Assembly: GCF_006345805.1 (NCBI RefSeq)
Contig: NC_042997.1
Location: forward strand, 40,672,001-40,736,000
Reading direction: 5' to 3'
DNA length: 64,000 bases
Source of the DNA: Octopus sinensis
Lineage: Eukaryota
The notes beneath the pieces are model-generated. The model searched no databases. It saw only the letters and a list, made by a program, of their open reading frames with translations, and was not told where the DNA came from. Within the stretch, counting starts at the first letter, position 1, and each line of letters begins with the position of its first letter. The position numbers and the translations under genes were made by a program. Of this stretch, positions 54,484 through 64,000 are shown one piece after another.

Positions 54484-54762
54484 GTAGTCCTGAGCTAGCA
54501 GCTTGCATGGAGAAAGCTAAGAAACACGCACTACGATCTCTACCCGAAATTCCTGCCCCGAGCAAAAGTGACATTGACTTTACGTTTACAGGAGAGGGAT
54601 ATCGAACTGGGGATGTTAGTGCGTCTCTTCGAATCAAAAATAACTCGGCTTCTTCTCGCATTATCTCTGTACACTTGTGTGCAGCAGCTGCATATTATAC
54701 CGGCGTACCAGCGAATGATTTAAAAGAGAATTCCAACAATGCACAGCTTGAACCACATGCAG
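54484..54762 (+). CDS. TGM: Transglutaminase exon, core end and beta-barrel 1 (GSPELAACMEKA...AAAYYTGVPA...LEPHA)
   Basis: ttaacag acceptor, gtttgt donor; phase 1-1; YYTGV motif. Confidence 0.93.
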
Positions 54763-55432
54763 GTTTGTAGTAATCCGTGAATATTATTTTTTGATTTATT
54801 TCTTACCGATATCTCATCATTGTTATGACTATTTATCAGCAGTTAGTGGAAGACAAAGCTCTCGACGAAATGTGTTGCAATATTTAACTGTAATATTTGG
54901 TCCTTTTATATTCTTTAATTCAAATTCCGCCGAGTTTCATTTTGGGCTTCAGTCTTCTGGATGTCGATAAAATATGTATTATTCAGGTGGAACTGGTTTA
55001 GTCGAATATTCCTTCCTACAAAATTTGTGACTTTATGGGTATATTACAAATCATGAATATTTATTTTATTCTCAGTGATATAATTATTTACAATAAAATA
55101 TTTGAAATTATTCAAGACTATATCTAAATAAAGACGCATTCTGACTGAACAAATATTTATATGATTAAGCCAGAGATTTAACTCTGCGGGCTTCAGTTTA
55201 TAGGCAATCTCGAACAATATATCTTTTAGAAACATTCTTAGGATTCATCGTTAGATGGCAGAGGGGGGAAAAAAAGCAGTATTTCACTCCATGTCAAAAG
55301 ATTGACGTTTTGCCGACAGTATCAACAAAGCACAACAAAGCACAACACAACACACACTTTCTATCAAATACGATTACGAACATCGTTTTTGGATTTTATG
55401 ATGACTGTTTTTCCACAATACTCAATTTTTTT

Positions 55433-55820
55433 GGAAGCATTCCGTCGGTTACGACGACGAGGGTTCCGGTTGATCCGAATCAACGGAACAGCCTGCTCGT
55501 GAAATTAACGTGTAAGTGGCTCAGCACTCCACAGACACGTGTACCCTTAACGTAGTTCTCGGGGATATTCAGTGTGACACAGAGAGTGACAAGGCCGGCC
55601 CTTTGAAATACAGGTACAACAGAAACAGGAAGTAAGAGTGAGAGAGAAAGTTGTGGTGAAAGAGTACAGCAGGGATCACCACCATCCCCTGCCGGAGCCT
55701 CGTGGAGCTTTTTTAGGTGTTTTCGCTCAATAAACACTCACAACGCCCGGTCTGAGAATCGAAACCGCGATCCTATGACCGCGAGTCCGCTGCCCTAACC
55801 ACTGGGCCATTGCGCCTCCA
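55433..55820 (-). mobile_element. SINE family G-related copy
   Basis: 3' half matches the reverse complement of 47829-48151; tRNA-like head at the right end. Confidence 0.78.
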
Positions 55821-55879
55821 CTATACTCAATTAGCAACTTCGATTACGGAGGGGTCATGTAAGAAAATTGGATCGAGAT

Positions 55880-56650
55880 GCTAAGTGCAACTCTGCATCT
55901 GTGCTTTTTTTCCCTTCACTCTTGGTAGCTGAATGCGTTTCTTCGCCAAAGTTTCAATCTTCCACTCCAGTAGTGAAATCAATGCGAAAGTCGAGCAATG
56001 GGGTCTTCCATTTCTGACGAATGGATGTGGCTCCTCTTCAGACAATTTCTTCAGCTGTCTTTAAACCACTCCTCTGATGCACTAACCGGACAATGTGACT
56101 AGTTAAAGACGATCCTACGGGGAAGAGGTGAGTCAATCATGCACATTATATATTTGGAAAAAATGTGGGTTCACAGCTGCTTTTTTACGCTGTTTTAATG
56201 CATATGTGTGTAATCGTATCTCGCCAGGTAATTGAAAAGATCTTCTGCAGTTCCTGGATGCTTCGGTCTTTATGTCCTGGCTGCATTTGATCTCTACATC
56301 GCTCCCATAAAGGAGAAGCAATAAGATGGAAACAGACTGGCATTTAGATGAAAATCTTAATCTGGAGGCTGTGAATCACGAAGGTGGCAGATGACAAGTA
56401 TATCACAGAATTCCTCCATAACTGTGAATCCATTAGATTAGAATGGCTTAAAAGCAACTTCCGCTTTTGCTGATGAGTCCTTCAATAATGATGTGCCATC
56501 CGATGATCTAACCGGTGACATGGAACAAATTTCGGCGAAATAAAGAATCTTGATCACATCGTGGAAATTTCCTATATTATGCTTGTCTGCATACATCTAG
56601 AATTCTTCAACTTTTGCAACCCATCATTCACTTTTCAGGATCTAATGAAT
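55880..56650 (-). mobile_element. Degenerate RTE-clade LINE 3' fragment; boundaries approximate
   Basis: LLLYGS..., RQLKK and similar decayed RTE ORF2 C-terminal motifs. Confidence 0.45.
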
Positions 56651-58151
56651 GAATTGAACTTCACTCTAAAGAGTTAACTACTGCTTTTTAAAGTTTATGA
56701 CGGGTTGCTCTGTGGGCCTTGTGCTTTTGTGCATGTCACTGAGGTGCCTGCCGATTGTACAAGCACTCTCATCGAAATAATCCTTTCTAATATAGGCACA
56801 ATGCTTGAAGTATGGGGGAGGGGGATAGTCGATTACATTGACCCCAGTGTTCAACTGGTACTTATTTTGTCGACCACGAAAGGATGAGAAGCAAAGTCGA
56901 TTTCTGTGGAATTTGAACTTAAAACGTAGTGACGGGCGAAGTACCGCTAAGCGTTTCGTCCAGCGTGCTAACGACTCTGCCAGCTCACCGCCTTAGCTTT
57001 CATCAAATTATATTAATACGTTTGAATCTTTCAATCGACAGTTTCGGCAGTAATGTTCCCGCGAATTCGTCGTTTTTGCCTGTTTTCGCGTACAATTTCA
57101 TATTTGTATATATTTTCGATGCAGATCTAAAAATAAAGCATTCCCTATATAGACAAATACATAGAGGAATGTCTAATGTCTTTATATGCAATATGATAAA
57201 GTATATGCATGTCTATAGTGTTTAAACAACCCAAGATGTTGTCAAACTCATTTCAGTAAGGAGTATCTCTGATAGTGTAATACCGCAATTAGTCTGATTT
57301 AAATTATGCTGTGCCTCTACAGCAAAAAGCCCAATTTTTATAAGACAAGAGTGTGTGTGTGTGTGTGTGTGTGGTGTGTGTGTGTGTGTGGTGTGTGTGT
57401 GTGTGTGTGATTGGATAAAATGTCAACTGAGGCTGTAAGATCTAGCATTTAGAAAGATCGCAATGATTTCTACCTTGTTGCTCATTCGTAAGAACGAGAA
57501 AGCGCAGTAGTGTTGTAATGTTTCTTGAGATCTCGATAGAAAGACAGATAGCTGCACGCATTATAGTATTGTTGAACGAAACCACTCTCCCGTGCTTGCT
57601 TTTCACAGAAGAAACGCATTACGTAACATGCTAAGATTGTATCTGGGTGCATTAACTTCAAAACTCTTGCAGTTTCGTATCTAAATTAATTTATAAGGCA
57701 TTTAGATGAGTTTCTGATAAATGCCTTCAAAAGATATTAAATACATTCGTCCGAAAATCGAAACGTTATCAAACGGCAATTATTTACCGTATTTACTTAC
57801 ATACACTAAATACTGTCGTATGACAGTTTGTAAATTACTCTCCCATTTTAGTGTATGCAGCCCTTTTAAATTCTGAGTTTAACTCGTGCATTATACATTC
57901 CCATATAATTTGAGGCCATCTGTCATTATCATTATGATTAATCTTTATAAGGGCAGCAAAGTGAATTAAAGAGACTTAATAGATTTTAGCATTAAATTTC
58001 GTCCAACGAAGTTCAATTTGTCTTTCATCTTTCTGGGATTAATGCAATTGGTATCAGCTGACTATACAAGTAATTTGAATTCTCTAATACCGCTACCAGT
58101 AATAGCAGTGGTGATAGCAGTGTTAGTAATAATGATATGGATAGTAGTAGC

Positions 58152-58188
<37 letters not shown>

Positions 58189-58580
58189 TAGGAAACAGGA
58201 GGAAGAGGTGGTGGTGGATGACAAAGAAGATATTACATGGCAGCGCATCTAAAAGTTGGTACAAAGTCGAATCAACTGTAAAGTATGGTGTTGCCTACAA
58301 CCAATATTGTAAACTAGGAAGAGATGAAAGATAAAATTCATTCCGACAGGATTCGAACTCAGAACGTCTACACGCTCGAATAAAATCCACTTGGGAATAG
58401 CGCTCATATTTCCAGGCTACTTTTGCTCATGCATATATTAACGATGGGCTTCAATCAAAAGAACACTATTCGACGTCTTCACAAACATACTACAAACACC
58501 GGTTCAAAGACACGTTGTACCCTCACCTCTCTTTCTGTCTGTCTATCTCTCTATCTCTCTCTCGATGCATAATGCATATA

Positions 58581-58624
<44 letters not shown>

Positions 58625-59084
58625 AAGAAGGCAGTCTGGGTCAAATGCTTCTTTTGGCTGTCTCCACACGTATACTCGGCCAGTGGTTGGAAATAATGTA
58701 AAGGATGACTCGTCGGAGAAGAAATTCTTAAATAGTCTTGACTATTAATTCTGCCATGGAGGGAAACCACTAGGCCGGCGGATTCCCAAGATATAGTCTG
58801 ATATAACTGTCAGTTGAAACACTCCTGTCACAACCTGAGAACTTGAAGACTGCTTTAATGCAAGAAAGTATACTAGTCCCTTAATATTTGATATTCAATA
58901 TTTCATCTATTCAATAAGACAATCAATACTTCATTTCATTTTACACTATATATACTATTTATACTATATATTCTATATTCTACATTGATATTATTAAGAA
59001 TATAAATAAAACATAAAAAACAGACAGAGTTGGAATTCCTTTGAATAATATATATCACTCTATACACAATCATACAAATCCCTT

Positions 59085-59191
<107 letters not shown>

Positions 59192-59251
59192 ATTACGGAG
59201 ATGTACTCGCATAGCAAGTGATTTGATCTGAGATCGTGTGCTGGAACGAAA

Positions 59252-59642
<391 letters not shown>

Positions 59643-60476
59643 AGGCATGTATGTACGCATGTATGTATGCATGTATGTATATATGTATGTGTATATATAT
59701 ATATATACATACATATATACATGTGTAAAACTTGACTGGTGACCGCCGCTGTTGTCATCTGCGGCTGTTTTTAGCATAAGAGTCAGAGAGTTTAAGAAAT
59801 AAAAGTGCGGGGGGGGAAGAATTTTCCCTCAGGGGAAAGAATAGCTGAGAGAGCGATGTTTTTTTATATATACTTATTTTATTATGCTTTTATATAATCC
59901 ATTCTTATTTGTTTTTATTTATTTATTTGCAAGTAGATGCAGATAAATTTAAATTTACTTCGTTCTAAATTGGAACTTACCGACGCAACGCAACTTAGGA
60001 TAAAACTACGTGATCATTTAAAACATTTAGGAACTATATAAACGATCGACTTTACTTTTCTACATTTTCTTTTTAAAAATGGTGGAGAAAAGCTGTGAGA
60101 GAAGGGGGGGGCATTAAAAGCCGCTAAGTCACTTACAGTTGAGATGTATACATGTATGTGAGTATATATATATATATATATGTGTGTGTGAGTGTATATA
60201 GTCTTTAAACTATTACTAGAACAAGAATGACAGTTGTTTCAATGTTTCAACAAGCTACCCTTCGTTAGACTGTCTGACGAACGCTAAAAAGCTGAAACCT
60301 TGAATTCATTGTCATACTTCATCTTGTAACAGTTTAATAAACGTATATTCTACTTTAAAGTATTGAGTAATCCTTCAGCTTAATTTTCAATTACTTGTAC
60401 ATACAAGTTAGCACACACACACACACACACACACACATTGATATATATAATTCATTAAATATAATATTTCTTCCAG

Positions 60477-60637
60477 AAACTGTTGTCAGTCTGTCATTGA
60501 AATGCAACGAATACGTCAACAATCGGGATCCTGACGCCCATATTGTGATGTACTGCAAAGCAATAGTGAAAGAGACGAACCAAAGATACATCACTAGGGA
60601 AACATTCTGGCTGGACAAACCGCATTTAGATCTAAAG
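60477..60637 (+). CDS. TGM: Transglutaminase exon, beta-barrel 1 (ETVVSLSLKCNEY...VKETNQRYITRETFWLDKPHLDLK)
   Basis: tttcttccag acceptor, gtcagc donor; phase 1-0; matches the family VKET-Q...F-L--P-L segment. Confidence 0.92.
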
Positions 60638-60901
60638 GTCAGCACACTTTACTTATTATTTTCTTTCTTTGTTTATTCTTCTTCAAGTTTCAGTCATTGG
60701 ACTGCGACCATGCTAAGGCACTGTTTTGAAGTTTTTAGTCAAACAAATGGACGCTAATGCATTTTTTAAAGTCTGATAGTTATTCTATCTGCTTCTTTAG
60801 CCGAGTGACATGGAAGTAAGCAACCCAACACCGGTTGCCAAGCTGTGTGGAGACCATCAGAAAGATACGTGCATGCACACGCACATATTTATGTATGTGT
60901 G

Positions 60902-60940
<39 letters not shown>

Positions 60941-61018
60941 CTATATGTGTGTGTGCGTGGGCATATATATATATATATATGTATATATGTATATATATAT
61001 ATACATACACACACACAC

Positions 61019-61073
<55 letters not shown>

Positions 61074-61857
61074 CGGGCTTCCACATAGTTCCTGTAAAAC
61101 ATATTCACCTCATTGAGCATTAGTAGTTCAGGGTCTATAGTAGAAGACACCTACCCACGGTACCGCACTGTGAGATTGAACACCAAGCTACACTGTTGCA
61201 AAGCGGACTTCTTAACTACGCACCCATTCCGGCGGCTATATATCATTATTATTATCAATAATATTAATATGCCAATTTGTTCTTTTTTTCACGTACCCGT
61301 CGAGTGTGTCACACTTACTTCAAAGAAGAAGTGGGTGGCAAAGCGAGAGAGCGAGGAGGACAGAGAGGAAATAAGAGAGAAAGAGTGAAAGAGACAGTGA
61401 ATGGTAAAGGCGTTCGTTTTGTGTTTTAAAATGTTTATCATATCGCAAGAAAAATAGATACATACACACATTGTTAAATTAAAAGCGGAAGAGAGGAGGG
61501 ACACAGATGAAGTGAAAGAGAAAGTGAGAGAGACAGTAGATACATAGATCCAAAGAAAAGTTGACAGCAACTATTGGATGTCACATTCACTTTTCATTGC
61601 CACACGAGGATAAAATTAACTCGCAAGTGGCTGAGTACTCCACAGGCATGCATATCATTAACGTAGTTCTCAAGGAGATTCAGCCTCACACAGAATATGA
61701 CAAGGCTGGCCCATTTGAATTACAGCTACAACTCCTTTGGAAGAAAACGAAAAAAAGATCCTATATAAGGGCAAGAAAATCTTTTTAGTCGTTAGGGTCA
61801 CTATGGGTGTTAATTTTGTCCTAACAGTGGTATTTATGAGTCTCACAAATCTAGAGG

Positions 61858-62211
61858 TTAAACCCCCCGGTAAATACCGATGCGCAGGCTGTTGTCAAAC
61901 TGAGCGAGCAAATACACGACGGAATCAGCATCAGAAAGTTCCTTGACTGCTTGTACTGCTTCTGTGTCGTCGGCATAGCTAGTAAGTGTGGCTAACTGTG
62001 TAACTGATGGCATGTCTGAAAGAGCCACCATAAATAGCAGTGGCCCCAATAGAGTTCCCTGAGGAAATCCACCTTCTTTTAATATATCCCTGGAGAGGGC
62101 TGTGTTGGCTGCTACAGCCTGATTTTGCCTTTTAAGAATTCTCTGGAGTTTCTGACATATCATCCTATGATAAACTTTATTAAAGCCCTTTGCAAAGTCA
62201 AGATATATCAC
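61858..62211 (-). mobile_element. CR1/L2-group LINE reverse-transcriptase fragment
   Basis: [32 protein letters not shown]. Confidence 0.85.
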
Positions 62212-62249
62212 ATCTACATTTCCGAATATGGGAAGTTAAAGACGCATGT

Positions 62250-62342
62250 GAATGAATACATCCATTTACAAATATAAGTATACGTATGCATGTATATATA
62301 TATGTATAAATGTATGCATGTATGTACATGTATATATATACA

Positions 62343-62391
<49 letters not shown>

Positions 62392-63200
62392 TATATATGC
62401 ATGTATTTATATATATGTAGGTATTTATATATGTATATGTATATATATATGTATACGTATATATATGAATATATATATATGTATATGTATATATGTATAT
62501 ATATGTATATATATATATGTATATACATGTGTATATATAAGTATATATATATATGTATATATAAGTATATATATATGTATATATAAGTATATGTATATAT
62601 AAAGATGTATATATATATATATGAATATACATGTATATATCTATATATATGTATATATATATGTATACATCTATATACATATATACACGTATATATACAT
62701 ATATATACATGTGTATATATATATATATATCTATATATATATATCTATCTATGTATATGTATGTATATATATGTATATATTTATAAGTATATAGTTATAT
62801 ATATATGGATATATGTATATATATAAGTATATATATGTATATATATATATATGTATGGCTATATATGTGTATATATGTATGCGGATGTGTATATCTGAAG
62901 AATCTACTAGAGTAGAAGCAAGCGCATGTATGTGTGTATGTGTATATTTGCTATATTTATGTATATGCATGTGTGTATATATTTGTGTGTATAGACATGC
63001 ATGTGTATATACATGTATTTGTATGTATAGATATGTGTGTATGTACATGTGTGTATGTATATGTGTGTATATGTATATGTCGGTATGTATGTATATATAT
63101 ATATATATATATATACATATATACATGTGTGTATATATATCTGTATGTATATGTATATGGTTGTGTATATACATATATGTGTATGTTTGTATATACATAT
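62250..63200. repeat. Long degenerate (TA)/(TATG)/(TG) low-complexity tract
   Basis: Read directly from the sequence. Confidence 0.92.
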
Positions 63201-63533
63201 ATGAAGTATTATATTATCTAGTAGTATCTAGTGTATATTGTCTAATACATATTTTCCTAATTGTCAAATGTTTTTGTAAAAGCAAATGTCTTTGATTCAA
63301 TTATAATAATGGAATTCATGGAAGCTACATGAATCACCGTGATGCGTCACTTGAAAGTTAACAGAGTTTATGGAAATTTTGAATCTATGCTACAAATGCG
63401 CACGTGTTATCTCATTACTTAATTTTTTTCTAAATGTTAAAATTTCAATGAATGCAAATGTACAGAGAGATTGGCGACGATAAACTAAAATTTCTTTTAT
63501 GCTATAATTATTTTCACTTCGTTTTCATTTCAG

Positions 63534-63670
63534 TCTGACACAAGGGTTCCTATCGGAAAAGCTTTTGATGTTCTTGTTAAGTTCACCAATACATTGACTA
63601 TTCCATTGACTGGAGGCCATTTGAATATCGAAGGACCTGGAATGCAAAGAGTGCCTTCAATTAAAATAAA
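63534..63670 (+). CDS. TGM: Transglutaminase exon, beta-barrel 2 (SDTRVPIGKAFDVLVKFTNTLTIPLTGGHLNIEGPGMQR...)
   Basis: ttttcatttcag acceptor, gtaagc donor; phase 0-2; F-N-L--PL...EGPG motif. Confidence 0.93.
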
Positions 63671-63824
63671 GTAAGCGGAAAGATTAAATTCAATTTTGAA
63701 CAGAGAGTTTGAATGTATTGTTTATGTATTTCAGAAATATATATTGGATTCAAGTTTTGACACAAGACCAGTAATTTCGGGAAAGGAGTTAAGTCGATTA
63801 CATCGACTCCAGATTTCAACTGGT

Positions 63825-64000
63825 ATGCCAGCGCAGCCTTCACTGGCTTCTGTGCCGGTGGCACGTAAAAAGCACCAACCGATCGTGGCCGCTGCCAGCT
63901 TCCCCTGGCACCTGTGCCGGGGGAACGTAAAAAGCACGCACTACACTCACAGAGTGGTTGGCGTTAGGAAGGACATCCAGCAATAGAAACACTGCCAGAT
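63825..64000 (+). mobile_element. SINE fragment with an internal duplicated GTGCCGG...ACGTAAAAAGCAC unit, truncated by the window end
   Basis: Two copies of the unit (63853 and 63914 regions), followed by GGCGTTAGGAAGGACATCCAGC. Confidence 0.5.

Noticed and set aside
58137-58334. Poly-Ser ORF
   Set aside because: Generated by an (AGT)n microsatellite.
58798-58833. CTGATAT-AACT/AGTT-GAAAC...GTC hammerhead look-alike
   Set aside because: Two core mismatches (G8, A9) and only a 2-bp stem I; too decayed to call.

Overview
Eukaryotic, AT-rich, microsatellite-dense genomic DNA. The SINE and microsatellite content is typical of an octopus or other coleoid cephalopod (inference, not checked by search). 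One plus-strand multi-exon transglutaminase gene (protein-glutamine gamma-glutamyltransferase) spans the whole window. I recovered 11 phase-compatible GT-AG coding exons between 587 and 63670 (about 1.9 kb CDS, about 636 codons). They cover the N-terminal beta-sandwich, the catalytic core with an intact Cys-His-Asp triad, and both beta-barrels; the first and last exons lie outside the window. The introns are filled with tRNA-derived SINEs of at least three families and remnants of Penelope, R4/Dong-like, Tx1/L1, CR1/L2 and RTE retroelements, plus two non-autonomous Helitrons and MITEs. Main leads: (1) minimal hammerhead-ribozyme motifs at Penelope-type termini, mostly in divergent inverted pairs, whose core 3-8 pair covaries (C-G, U-A, G-C), with every copy on the host transcript's strand carrying a lesion; (2) an ORF1-only Tx1-like element sharing its 3' tail with a SINE subfamily, both found inserted in older SINE heads; (3) a phase-compatible antisense exon chain nested in one intron with a single in-frame TAG; (4) a degenerate Ca2+ site in the transglutaminase. 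Most ORFs in the supplied track are microsatellite artefacts.
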